Shown: positions 30,522 through 40,363, numbered from the stretch's first letter. The stretch is DNA of 64,000 nt from Candidatus Marinacidobacterium sp. (GCA_965204755.1 OZ242011.1:2592001-2656000), one strand, 5' to 3'. Numbers and translations: made by a program. Notes: generated by a model from the letters alone, not told the origin.

Positions 30522-32858
30522 GTGGAGAAGCAATTCGACAGCAGCGCCGTGCCTCTTGCGCAGCTGTTGCGCGAAGCGGCGAGCGGAGAAGTGCAACTGC
30601 CGGACTTCCAGAGGGACTGGGTGTGGGACGATCACCATATTCGGAGTCTCCTCGCCTCCATCTCGCTCTCGTACCCGATCGGGGCCATGATGACACTCAA
30701 GACGGGCAATGCCGATGTCCGTTTTGCGCCGCGCCCGATCAGAGGAGCGGACGTCCCGAAGGGCCAAGAGCCCGGACTGTTGCTTCTCGACGGCCAACAG
30801 CGCTTGACTTCGCTGTTTCTTGCGCTGTGGTCTCAGAAGCACGTGCCGACAAAGAACACCAAGGGTCAGCCCATCGAGCGACACTATTATGTGAGCATCG
30901 CGGCCTGCCTCGATGAGGACAAAGACCGAGCAGAAGAGGCGATCTTGAGTGTTCCTGCGGACCGTGTGGTTCGAACCGATTTCGGCAAGCAGGTCGTCTT
31001 GGACCTCAGTAGTCGCAAGAAGGAGATCGAGGCCGAGATGTTTCCTTTGGGCATAGTGCTCGATGGTAGTGCGACGATGGCGTGGCAGATGGAGTACCTC
31101 CATCCTGGCCCCAGGTACACAGAACGCTATGAGAGGTGGATGCGGTTTCACCAAGGGATCCTGAAGGCCTTTCAGGACTATCAGGTGCCGATCATCGGCC
31201 TCGTCAAGTCCACTCGCAAGGAGGCCGTATGCCAGGTCTTCGAGAAGGTCAATACGGGTGGAGTCACGCTCACCGTGTTCGAGTTGATGACGGCAACCTA
31301 TGCTGCCGACGACTACCCGTTGCGCGACAAATGGCGCGCACGAAAACAGGACTTGGAGCGGCACCGCGTCCTGGAGTCATTCGACGAGACATCCTTCCTG
31401 CAACTCGTCACGCTTCTCGCCACTTTCGATCGACGCCGGCGACACTTGAACGAGTACCCGGACCAGGACAGAGCGCCGGCCGTCTCGTGCAAGCGACGCG
31501 ACATCCTCCGCCTTCCTGTGGGCGACTACCGGAAGTGGGCGGATACTGCGTCCGAAGGGCTCGAGAAAGCGGCGTCCTTTCTGCGTGAACTCTGCGTTTT
31601 CCAGAGCCGCGATCTGCCCTACGCTACGCAGGTCATCCCGCTGGCGGCAATCCTCGGCGTGCTGGGCAAGCGAGGTGAGGCATACGACGCGCGACAAAGT
31701 CTGAAGCGGTGGTTTTGGTGCGGCGTTTTTGGGGAGATGTACGGTGGCGGGACAGAGACCCGGTTCGCCAACGATCTTCAGGACTGCGTTGCATGGATCC
31801 AGGACTCCGGGGACGAACCGCGTACGGTGCGGGATGCACAGCTCCAGGCGGAGCGGCTGCTTCGTCTGACTACTCGGAACAGCGCCGCCTACAAGGGACT
31901 CCACGCTCTGCAGATGTGCAGAGGCAGTCGCGATGTTCTCAGTGGCGCGACCATAGACCACAAGGTCTTCCACGACGATGCCATCGACATCCACCACATA
32001 TTCCCGAGCGACTGGTGTCAACGACAGGACGACGAGCGGATCCGCAAGTTCGCCGACACCGCAGTCAACAAGACGGCCATCGGCAGGTACGCCAATCGAG
32101 TGATAGGCAGCAACGCTCCGAGTCGCTACTCGGAGCGTTTGGAGAGCAAGGGCGGCATGTCGAGTCAGGAACTCGACGACATCCTCCGTTCCCATGCTAT
32201 CGATCCGATAGCGCTACGGCGGGACGACTTCGCCTCGTTCTTCAACCATCGTTTCGAACGCCTGCTCGCCGGAATCGAAGAGGTCATGGGGAAGCCCGTG
32301 AACCGCAGCGAGAAGCAGGACGAGTCCCCATTCTACGAAGGCGACGACGGGAATGAGGTCGCCGATATCGAGAGCCTTGTCCGGAGCGGTGAGAGCGGGA
32401 CCGTGGAGTTCAAGGCCACCGGGCGCAAGAACACGATCACGGGAGTGAAGGACAAGAGGATGGAGTGGGCAGTCGTCAAGACCATATGCGCCTTCATGAA
32501 CGGTTCCGGCGGTACTTTGCTCATCGGGGTGACCGACGAAACCGGGATCGTGGGCATCGAGGAGGACTATGCGTTCGTGACGCCGAGGAACCGCGACGGT
32601 TGGGAGCAGTGGCTGACGGCCTTGGTGAAGACGCGAGTCGGCTCGGTGGCGGTGACGGACTTCGGCGTCACCTACGCCGATATCGAAGGACGAACGGTTG
32701 CTCGGATCGATGTCAAGCGGGGAGGGAAGCCTGTCTTTGCGAGACCGATGGACGGATCGAAGCAGGAGAAGTTCTTCGTCCGGTTGAATGCCACGACGGA
32801 GGATCTCGGCGGGTCGGAGATGCTGGACTACCAGAAGAAGAGGTGGCCGAGCCGGTAG
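30522..32858 (+). CDS. GmrSD-like protein (DUF262 + HNH/DUF1524-like) with C-terminal Schlafen/AlbA_2 domain
   Basis: QLPDFQRDWVW, LDGQQRLTS, FEKVNTGG, DIHHIFP, C-terminal GESGTVEFK and AFMNGSGGTLLIGVTD; visibly lower GC than the flanks. Confidence 0.85.
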   Translation: MEKQFDSSAVPLAQLLREAASGEVQLPDFQRDWVWDDHHIRSLLASISLSYPIGAMMTLKTGNADVRFAPRPIRGADVPKGQEPGLLLLDGQQRLTSLFLALWSQKHVPTKNTKGQPIERHYYVSIAACLDEDKDRAEEAILSVPADRVVRTDFGKQVVLDLSSRKKEIEAEMFPLGIVLDGSATMAWQMEYLHPGPRYTERYERWMRFHQGILKAFQDYQVPIIGLVKSTRKEAVCQVFEKVNTGGVTLTVFELMTATYAADDYPLRDKWRARKQDLERHRVLESFDETSFLQLVTLLATFDRRRRHLNEYPDQDRAPAVSCKRRDILRLPVGDYRKWADTASEGLEKAASFLRELCVFQSRDLPYATQVIPLAAILGVLGKRGEAYDARQSLKRWFWCGVFGEMYGGGTETRFANDLQDCVAWIQDSGDEPRTVRDAQLQAERLLRLTTRNSAAYKGLHALQMCRGSRDVLSGATIDHKVFHDDAIDIHHIFPSDWCQRQDDERIRKFADTAVNKTAIGRYANRVIGSNAPSRYSERLESKGGMSSQELDDILRSHAIDPIALRRDDFASFFNHRFERLLAGIEEVMGKPVNRSEKQDESPFYEGDDGNEVADIESLVRSGESGTVEFKATGRKNTITGVKDKRMEWAVVKTICAFMNGSGGTLLIGVTDETGIVGIEEDYAFVTPRNRDGWEQWLTALVKTRVGSVAVTDFGVTYADIEGRTVARIDVKRGGKPVFARPMDGSKQEKFFVRLNATTEDLGGSEMLDYQKKRWPSR

Positions 32859-32923
32859 GCGTGAGCGAGCGGGGAAGACCTGGTAGGCGACGACGGAGTT
32901 AGGCCGAGGCGCGGGGGAGTTCG

Positions 32924-34138
32924 TCAGCCGCCGCGCCCGGCGCCGGGGAGAGCAGTCTCCCGCGCGGCGTCTTCGAATGTGCGGGACGGGTGGAGGTTGC
33001 GGAGGAAGTCGGTTACCGGCAGGCAGAGGATGTCGTCGGTGACGCGGCGGTCATCGCCGCGGTAGAGGAGGAGGCGGCGGGCCTCCGGGTACTCGTCGCC
33101 GAAGGCGCGGAGGCCGCGGAGGTCTTCGGGACGGATGCGGGACGCGTTCTTCACTTCGATGGCGGAGAACTCGTCAGGCCCGTACAGGACGAAGTCCACC
33201 TCGAGGCCGGCGCGGGTCCGCCAGGTGAAGAGGCGGTCGCCCCGGCCGCGATAGTCGGCGTAGGCGCGCAGGTGCTGCGCGACCAAACCCTCGAGCGCGG
33301 CGCCGTCGATCTCCTCCGGGCGGTCGAGCGGTCCCTTCGGGCGCAGGGCGCGAAAGACGCCGCTGTCGAAGTAGAAGAACTTCGGATGCGCCGCGAGTCG
33401 GCGTTTGGCGCGCTTCCGGAATACCGGCAGTCGAAACGCCAGCAGCAGGTCCTCCAATACCTCCAGGTAACCGGTCGCGGTGCGGACGCCCACCGCCGCT
33501 TCCCGGGCGACGGCGCTGAGATTCAACTCCGCGCCGTGGGAGAAAGTCATCGCTTCGAGGAATCGGGAGAACGCGCCGAGATTGCGGGCGAGACCCTCGG
33601 CGCGGACTTCCTGTTCGAGATAGAACGAAGTGAACGCGCCGAGCGCCGCTTCCGGGTCGGCGCTGCCCCGGACCAGCGGCAGGAGCCCCCGGTCGAGCGC
33701 CGCTTCGAGATCGAAGTCGTCGCCGAGTTCGGCGGCCAGGAACGGGTGCAGCCGGCAGTCCGCCGCCCGGCCGCCGAGCAGGTTGACGCCGCCGCGCCGG
33801 AGTTGTCGGGCGCTCGACCCGGTCAGCGCGAACCGCGCGGGAATATCCGACTCGATCAGGCCGTGGACGACGGACAACAACTCCGGCGCCCGCTGCACCT
33901 CGTCCACCACGACTTCGACCCGGTTGCCGGGCGGCCGGCCCGCCGCCGCGCCCCGGACGAGATCCCGCAGTTCCTCCGGGCGGGCCGAAAGCGTCCGCTG
34001 CCGTTCGGGGTCGAGCAGGTCCACGAACAGCGCGTCCGGCAGCGCGGCCCGAAGCCAGGTCGTCTTCCCCGTCCCGCGGGGGCCGAGGAGGAAGTAACTC
34101 CCCGGCGGCGGCTCGAACAACCGAGGCGTCGTCGCCAT
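32924..34138 (-). CDS. AAA_14 ATPase with DUF4143 domain
   Basis: GPRGTGKT, VDEVQ, LTGSSAR, KFFYFDSG, EVDFV..AIEVK. Confidence 0.88.
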   Translation of the reverse strand: MATTPRLFEPPPGSYFLLGPRGTGKTTWLRAALPDALFVDLLDPERQRTLSARPEELRDLVRGAAAGRPPGNRVEVVVDEVQRAPELLSVVHGLIESDIPARFALTGSSARQLRRGGVNLLGGRAADCRLHPFLAAELGDDFDLEAALDRGLLPLVRGSADPEAALGAFTSFYLEQEVRAEGLARNLGAFSRFLEAMTFSHGAELNLSAVAREAAVGVRTATGYLEVLEDLLLAFRLPVFRKRAKRRLAAHPKFFYFDSGVFRALRPKGPLDRPEEIDGAALEGLVAQHLRAYADYRGRGDRLFTWRTRAGLEVDFVLYGPDEFSAIEVKNASRIRPEDLRGLRAFGDEYPEARRLLLYRGDDRRVTDDILCLPVTDFLRNLHPSRTFEDAARETALPGAGRGG

Positions 34139-34148
34139 ATTGCCGGGC

Positions 34149-34192
34149 ATTTTAGCATCGCTGATTCCAAAACGCCCGGATTTTTGGAATCA
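34149..34192 (-). promoter_or_regulatory. Extended -10 (TGcTAAAAT) with perfect palindrome TGATTCCAAAA-N9-TTTTGGAATCA over the -35 region
   Basis: Arms at 34162-34172 and 34182-34192, AT-rich in a GC-rich background. Confidence 0.65.
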
Positions 34193-34316
34193 CCACCGCC
34201 GAAACGGCGGCCCCGGGCCGCGAACCGGCGCCGTCCCGCGCCCCGGGCGTCCCGCGTTCTCCGGGACGCTCCCGGCGCCGCGAGCAGGCCGATGCCCGTC
34301 CGCGGCGCCGGGCGGG

Positions 34317-35429
34317 TCAGTTGAAGTCCGTCGTCTTCCCCCGGCGGAGGAGGTAGTCCGGGCTGACCAGTTTCAACTGGACGCGGCCCATCGGCAGCCC
34401 GGGGTGCGGGCGCTCCTCGGCCGGGGTGATCACGATCCCCTCGCGGACATGCTTCTCGGTGAGGGTGGAGCGGCCGTCGCGGTGCTTTTCCGCCTCTTCC
34501 AGCGAGAACGGCCCCCGGTAGAGCACCGGCACGGTTTCGACTCCCCACTCCTCCAACTCGGCGAAGAACTCCGACCGCGAAACGAACCGCCCGCGCCGGG
34601 GCGCTCCCCGGTAGAGGTCGAACGCGCGGAACGCCGGCTTCGTCCGGCCGTACTCCAGGTCCTGCACCTTGCGCCCGAAGGTCTCGCCGAGCAGGTAGAA
34701 CGGCTCGCCGGCCGCCTTCGCCGCCTCCGTGAGCCGCGCCCAGAGGCCGGTCTCGAGCAGCGTCTCCCGGAAGATGCGGACATAGAGGTTGTCCCGGTTC
34801 TGCTCGTTCCACTTGAAGACGAGCCCGGTGGCGCTCAGGCCCTTCGAGGAGATGATCGTCCCGCCCTCGAGCAACTCCTCGTTCCCGAGCCCCGGGTCGA
34901 ACCCGAAGCAGGTCCAGGTGCCGTGCAACTTCTCCGAGAAGACGACTTCCTCGCCGCTTTCGAGGATGTCCGGGTGCTTCTGGAGCGACTCGATGTCGTA
35001 GTCCAGCGTGTGGCCCCGCACATTGGCCACTTCGCCGGACATGTGCACCGGGATCGGCGGCTCGTACTTGGTGATGCCGAGCGCCTCCGCCACCTCGTCG
35101 CCGACCCCGGCGGGGGAGGGGAGGGCGGCCGCCGGGTAGAGCAGCCCCTGGCTCACGACGCCGCGCAGCCGGATCGCCTTCACCCGGTTCCCCTGCTTCC
35201 CGGCGCACCGGCCCTTGCCCTTCTCCTCGTCCCAGAGGCCGATCCGCCGCAGCACCCCTTCGGGCACCAGCGCGTCCTCCGGGATGTAGGCCACCCGGTC
35301 GCCGGCCCGGTACTCGCCGATCCGGGCGATGCTCCGGTACCCGCCGATCCGGGCGATCTCCAAGGCGTCCGCGTCCGGGTGCTCCTCGATCGCGTCGATC
35401 TCGACGACCCGAACCTCCAGTGCGCTCAT
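34317..35429 (-). CDS. ATP-dependent RNA ligase, DRB0094-like family
   Basis: N-terminal HPDADALE and IRLRGVVSQGL module, SEKLHGT (motif I), GETFG, AFDL, REGIVI, LKLVSPDYL. Confidence 0.88.
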   Translation of the reverse strand: MSALEVRVVEIDAIEEHPDADALEIARIGGYRSIARIGEYRAGDRVAYIPEDALVPEGVLRRIGLWDEEKGKGRCAGKQGNRVKAIRLRGVVSQGLLYPAAALPSPAGVGDEVAEALGITKYEPPIPVHMSGEVANVRGHTLDYDIESLQKHPDILESGEEVVFSEKLHGTWTCFGFDPGLGNEELLEGGTIISSKGLSATGLVFKWNEQNRDNLYVRIFRETLLETGLWARLTEAAKAAGEPFYLLGETFGRKVQDLEYGRTKPAFRAFDLYRGAPRRGRFVSRSEFFAELEEWGVETVPVLYRGPFSLEEAEKHRDGRSTLTEKHVREGIVITPAEERPHPGLPMGRVQLKLVSPDYLLRRGKTTDFN

Positions 35430-35522
35430 TCCACGGTCCTCCCGATGGCCCGTCAGCCTATCGCGCCGAAGCGTCCCGGCCCGGCATTCCCGACGACCTT
35501 CGGAGTGCGTCGTTTACGAGGA

Positions 35523-35555
35523 ACATTGAGTAATATTGCGAGATACATTGAGTAA
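35523..35555 (+). promoter_or_regulatory. Direct repeat ACATTGAGTAA x2 (22-bp period) overlapping a TAATAT -10 and the start codon
   Basis: Copies at 35523-35533 and 35545-35555. Confidence 0.6.
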
Positions 35556-36753
35556 ATCGCACACCTTCACCCGTCCCCTCGCGCGGGAACTCGCCCGTCG
35601 GCTCCGGGAGCCGCGGCGATTCCTCCAGGTCGTGGCCGGGGCGCGGCAGGTCGGAAAGACCACCGCCGCCGACCAGGCCGTGGCGCGCTCCGGTCTCCCG
35701 CGCCGCTACGCCACCGCCGACGAGCCCACCCTCCGCGACCGCTGGTGGCTCGCCCAACAGTGGGAGGCGGCCCGCCGGCTCGCCGGTTCGTCCCCCGAGG
35801 GCGCCGCGCTGGTCCTGGACGAAGTCCAGAAGGTGGAAGGGTGGTCCGAGACGGTGAAGCGCCTGTGGGACGAGGACACCCGGGCCGGGCTGCCGCTCAA
35901 GGTCGTCCTGCTCGGTTCGGCGCCCCTGCTCGTCCGGCGGGGGACGAGCGACAGCCTCGCCGGGCGGTTCGAGGTACTGCACCTCCCGCACTGGGGCTTT
36001 GCCGAGATGCGCGAGGCGTTCGGGTGCTCGCTCGACGAGTACCTGCACTACGGCGGCTATCCCGGCGCCGCGCCGCTCGTCCGCCGGCCGGCGCGTTGGG
36101 CCGCCTACCTGCGCGAATCCATCATGGAGCCGGTCGTTTCCCGCGATGTCCTGCTGCTCACCCGGGTGGACAAGCCGGCCCTCCTGCGCCAACTGCTGGC
36201 GCTCGCCTGCGTTTCGTCCGGGCGGATCGTGTCTTACACCAAGATGCTCGGCCGACTCCAGGACGCGGGAAACACCACCACCCTCGCCCACTACCTCGAC
36301 CTGCTCGAAGGCGCCGGCATCGTGGCCGGACTCCGGAAGTACACCGGCAGCGCCCTGCGCCGGCGGGCATCGAGCCCGAAACTCCAGGTGCTGAACACCG
36401 CGCTGCTGACGGCCGCAACGCGGATCCCGCTCCCCCGCGCCCGGGCCGACCGCGCCCACTGGGGCCGGATCGTCGAATCCGCCGTGGGCGCCCACCTGAT
36501 GGCCGCAGCCGCCTCGGGCGAAATCGAAGTCTTCTACTGGCGCGAAGGAAACCGCGAAGTGGACTTCGTTCTGCGCTCCGGCGATTCGCTGGCGGCCGTC
36601 GAAGTCAAGAGCGGCCGCGCGCCGCGCCGCCTGCCCGGAATGGACGCCTTCGTCCGCGCCTTCGGCCCCGCCCGCCCCCTCCTCGTCGGCGGCGACGGCA
36701 TCCCGCTCGAAACCTTCCTCGAAACCCCGGTCGAACGCTGGCTCAACGACTGA
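35548..36753 (+). CDS. AAA_14 ATPase with DUF4143 domain (paralog of 6781-8037)
   Basis: GARQVGKT, LDEVQ, GGYPG, SSPKLQVLNT, ESAVGAHL, EVDFV..AVEVK; start is TTG 35548 or 35536. Confidence 0.88.
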   Translation: MSKSHTFTRPLARELARRLREPRRFLQVVAGARQVGKTTAADQAVARSGLPRRYATADEPTLRDRWWLAQQWEAARRLAGSSPEGAALVLDEVQKVEGWSETVKRLWDEDTRAGLPLKVVLLGSAPLLVRRGTSDSLAGRFEVLHLPHWGFAEMREAFGCSLDEYLHYGGYPGAAPLVRRPARWAAYLRESIMEPVVSRDVLLLTRVDKPALLRQLLALACVSSGRIVSYTKMLGRLQDAGNTTTLAHYLDLLEGAGIVAGLRKYTGSALRRRASSPKLQVLNTALLTAATRIPLPRARADRAHWGRIVESAVGAHLMAAAASGEIEVFYWREGNREVDFVLRSGDSLAAVEVKSGRAPRRLPGMDAFVRAFGPARPLLVGGDGIPLETFLETPVERWLND

Positions 36754-36807
36754 CCCGCGCGCCGGCGCGAAGGAGGGACATCGCCGGGATTCCCGGCGGC
36801 CCGGGCC

Positions 36808-39800
36808 TCAGCGAGCGCCGCGCTTCGCTTTTCCCACGCGGCGTTCGAGGCGTTCCACGAGGGCGCCGCGGATCTCCTCGCCGAACTCGCCGATGCCGAA
36901 GCGCTTCTCCACCAATTCGTCCAGCGCGAGGTGCTCCCCGGTGCGCGCTTCTTCGGCGACCGGCAGCGGCCGGCGGCTCTCGAGCCGGTCGAGTATCTCC
37001 TTCGCTTCGCTCCCGAAGTCGAGGGCGTGACCGAGCGGTATCGCCTTCAGGTCCATGGCCTCCGCCTTCAGGAGTCCGCCGCCGAGGTTGCTTCGTCCGG
37101 TGATTTCCCGACAGAGCCAAACCACCGACGAGTTGAGGAACGCCCAGAGCGCGTAGTGCCGGTCCGTGTCCCATACCTCCTCCGGGAGATACACCTCGAC
37201 CTGGCTGTGGGAGAACGCCCGCATCCGGTTGAACGCGCACCAGTGCCGGGCGCCGACCCCGCGCGGCAGGATGAGCGCCGGGACCCGCGACGGCCGCCTC
37301 CGGCTCGCTTCGTCCCCGGGTACGGCCGAATCGGCGTCCACGACGACGAACTGCGCCAACTTGTGGATCGCCGGCGGCCCCTCTCCCGGCGGGACGCGCG
37401 GCACATTCAGTCCCTGTCCCACGGTCGCGCCGAACTCCGAGGAACTGCCCGAGGCGAGGCGCCGCCATACCTCCTCGAAGAAGCCCGGCATCGAGAACGC
37501 GGAACCCCACTTGAACGGGTGGTCCCTCCGCACGCGGCGCCCGGAAACCGTTTCCATGTCTTCGTTGACGGTCTCGAACCGGATGTCCTCGACCGGCCGA
37601 CGGTCGAAGAAAGTGACCACGGCGTTGATGTTCGGGCCCGCCGCGTCCGAAAAGAACTTCGCCGAGGTGTCCACGATCTTCGGGAACGAGAAGCGATCCT
37701 TCGTGAAGTCCTGGAACTTCTTCCCGTAGTCGGTGTGGAGCCAGGCGTTTTGGGTGATGAACGCGCCGAGTCCGTCCGGCTTCAACATCCCGGCGGCCCG
37801 CGCGTAGAAATAGACCAGCAGGTCGCTGCCGCGGGGAATCCGGCTCCCCCAGTCCGACTCCACCTGGTCGCCGTAGGCCTTCTTGGCGGCCTTGCCGACC
37901 ATCGAACTCCGGGATTCCACATAGGGCGGATTCCCCAGGACGACATCGAAACCCTCGCGGCGGTGGAACATGTACGCCGGATCGAACCAGTCCGCCCGGC
38001 AGTTCTGGTCGTACGGGTCCCACGCCGCCACGCTGTCGGCGGCGCCCGCCGCGAAACCCTCCTCCTTCAGCGCCGCCGCGAGGTCGGCCCGCAACTCGCG
38101 GTTTCGATGCATGCACTCCAACTTCTCCGTCCGCGCGACGGCGTGGAAGTGCCGCTCCCGGTTGTGGGCCAACTTGGACTCGAGATCGACGACCACCCCG
38201 TTCTCGCCCAGCATCCGCGCGCCGTTCCGGATCGTCTTGAGCGAGTCGGCGGCGAGGAACCGCGTCTCCAGGTTCGGCAGCGGCCGAATCCCGTAGTTCG
38301 CGCTCCGCTCCCCGGTCGGGTTCTGCTCGATCGCCAGGGTGATGAACACGCGCAACTTGGCGATCTGGCAGGCGATGGGCTGGAGGTCCACCCCGAACAG
38401 GGTGTTCTGGATCAGGAAGAGTTTCCGTCCGTAGTCCGAGTCACGGTACTGCTCGAAGACCGCGCTGACTTCCATCAACTCGGTGTCCCGGGCGGCCTTG
38501 CCCGGTTCGTCGAAGGCCGAGGCGGCGCGGGCGGAGGCGCGCTGCTTCTGCAGTCGTTCCCACCGCGTGTTGTCGGGGTCGAGCCGGCGGAGCGCCAGCG
38601 TGAGTTTGTGCAGGACGCCCATCGGGAAGGCCCCCGAACCGACGGCGGGATCGAGCACCGTGAGGTCGGCGACGGCGGCGATCAAGGCCTCGCGCTCGCC
38701 CGGCTCGAAGAGGTCCTCGGCGTCGTCGCAGGCGTCTTCGTGGTCGAGCAGGTAGCGGAGCCGGTCGATCCACCAACCCCGCTCGCCCTCCTCCGGCGCT
38801 GCCTTCCTCGCCAGCGCCTCGGCGAGCGCCTCCTCCACCATGTAGTCCACGACGATCCGCGGCGTGTAGTAACTGCCGGTCTGTTTCCTCGCGGTGGCGC
38901 TGCTCTCGGGGTTGTAGGCGGCGAGCAGGTTCTCGAAGACCTTGCCGAGCAGTTCGGGATCCAGCGCGACCTCCCGCTCCGCGGGAGTGCTTTCCTCCAC
39001 GGTGAAGCGGTAGCGGTCGAACACGCGGAACAGCCCGGGCGCCGCCGGATCCCCGGAAAAGAAGAGTCGGTCGGGTATGGAATAGGAGCGTCGGTGTTCG
39101 GGATTGTCGGTGAAACAGTCCACGCGGCTCCCGCCGCGAGTGCGGCTCGCGAAGTCGTCCAGGCAGTCGAACAGTCCCCCGTTCACGAACGGCGTCCGGT
39201 CGAACAACTCCAGCAGGCCGTCGGGATCGGCGATCTCCTCGCGGTATCGGTACACGGAGAAGTTGCGGTGATCGGGCTGCGTCCGCCGGCTGAACCGGCG
39301 CTTGGTGACTTCGGTGTTCAGGGTGGCGAAGAACAGGTTCTGCAACACGGCGCGGTAGTAGGAATCGCCCGTTTCGAAGTCGTCGTTCCCCAGGATGCCC
39401 CGCATCGGCGCCTCCGCGACCAGTCCCTTCTCCTTCAGGAACCACACGAACATGAGCCGGGTCACCAGCCGGATCACATGCTCTTCGGGCCGCAGCACCC
39501 GCGGCCCGTCCGTCGGGAAAGCGGCCTCCGCCACCGCCCGCTCGAACCAGTGGAACAGGTCCCGGTAGAACCGGCGGTTCAGTTCCTCGGTGTCGAGCGC
39601 GCTCAGCCAGGCCCTCAGCAACCCGTCGAAGTCGAGCGGTTCCCGGTGCGTCCGCATCCATTCGAGGCGGTCCCCGAGCGCGAGCGCCGCCACGATGTCC
39701 AGGTGGGCGCGGTGCGGCTCGGTCGGATGCACTTCGCGAATCAGGAACACCCGGCCCAGGACATCGCGCGCCTCCTTCCGCCGGTGCTTTCGCCGGTGGA

Positions 39801-40269
39801 CGAACGCCAGCGTCAAGAGCCCCGCCGCCGTCCGGAACAACACCGCGACGGGCATGGAGAACCGCCGGTGGATATTCCGAGTGATTTCGGCGTACGCGCC
39901 GCGTGGGTAGCGCCGACCTTCGAGTTCGGCGGCTACGAAGAGGAAACTCCGGGCGAGCCCCGGGTGGAATGCCGCTCGATCCTCACCGAACGGCGACCCG
40001 GTCTGCCCGCGAATTTCGTCGTCGGTCAACTGGAAGAGGACTTCGACGGAGCGGACGCGATCCCGGAAGGCGGCTTCCTCCGCTCTCCCGGGTTTGCCCT
40101 CGGCGGGAAACGCTCGGAAGAAGGAGTCCGCCGACGACTCGAGGGCAGGGGGCCGGCGGTCGCTCCGGTAGCCGAGTTCCGCCAGCAGCGCGACGGCCGA
40201 CTTCGAGAAGTCGCCGGCGGCGGTTTGCGCGAGCCCCCGGCGAAGCGCGTCGGCCTTCGGCCGGGTCAT
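36808..40269 (-). CDS. Eco57I-like (type IIG/IIL) N6-adenine R-M methyltransferase protein
   Basis: LDPELLGKVFENLL, TGSYYTP, VLDPAVGSGAF, GVDLQ, PLPNLET, GFDVVLGNPPY, C-terminal TRD-like region. Confidence 0.87.
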   Translation of the reverse strand: MTRPKADALRRGLAQTAAGDFSKSAVALLAELGYRSDRRPPALESSADSFFRAFPAEGKPGRAEEAAFRDRVRSVEVLFQLTDDEIRGQTGSPFGEDRAAFHPGLARSFLFVAAELEGRRYPRGAYAEITRNIHRRFSMPVAVLFRTAAGLLTLAFVHRRKHRRKEARDVLGRVFLIREVHPTEPHRAHLDIVAALALGDRLEWMRTHREPLDFDGLLRAWLSALDTEELNRRFYRDLFHWFERAVAEAAFPTDGPRVLRPEEHVIRLVTRLMFVWFLKEKGLVAEAPMRGILGNDDFETGDSYYRAVLQNLFFATLNTEVTKRRFSRRTQPDHRNFSVYRYREEIADPDGLLELFDRTPFVNGGLFDCLDDFASRTRGGSRVDCFTDNPEHRRSYSIPDRLFFSGDPAAPGLFRVFDRYRFTVEESTPAEREVALDPELLGKVFENLLAAYNPESSATARKQTGSYYTPRIVVDYMVEEALAEALARKAAPEEGERGWWIDRLRYLLDHEDACDDAEDLFEPGEREALIAAVADLTVLDPAVGSGAFPMGVLHKLTLALRRLDPDNTRWERLQKQRASARAASAFDEPGKAARDTELMEVSAVFEQYRDSDYGRKLFLIQNTLFGVDLQPIACQIAKLRVFITLAIEQNPTGERSANYGIRPLPNLETRFLAADSLKTIRNGARMLGENGVVVDLESKLAHNRERHFHAVARTEKLECMHRNRELRADLAAALKEEGFAAGAADSVAAWDPYDQNCRADWFDPAYMFHRREGFDVVLGNPPYVESRSSMVGKAAKKAYGDQVESDWGSRIPRGSDLLVYFYARAAGMLKPDGLGAFITQNAWLHTDYGKKFQDFTKDRFSFPKIVDTSAKFFSDAAGPNINAVVTFFDRRPVEDIRFETVNEDMETVSGRRVRRDHPFKWGSAFSMPGFFEEVWRRLASGSSSEFGATVGQGLNVPRVPPGEGPPAIHKLAQFVVVDADSAVPGDEASRRRPSRVPALILPRGVGARHWCAFNRMRAFSHSQVEVYLPEEVWDTDRHYALWAFLNSSVVWLCREITGRSNLGGGLLKAEAMDLKAIPLGHALDFGSEAKEILDRLESRRPLPVAEEARTGEHLALDELVEKRFGIGEFGEEIRGALVERLERRVGKAKRGAR

Positions 40270-40363
40270 GGCGCCGAGACGCGGAGCGGGAGCCGGGGCA
40301 TGAGTTCGATGGCGGCCCGTCCGGGAGAGTCCGGGTGAGCGGGGCGCTCTCCCCGCGGGGCCG

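Noticed and set aside
36808-40269. BREX PglX or DISARM DrmMI assignment
   Set aside because: None of the partner genes (brxC, pglZ, drmA/B/C/D) is present in the window.
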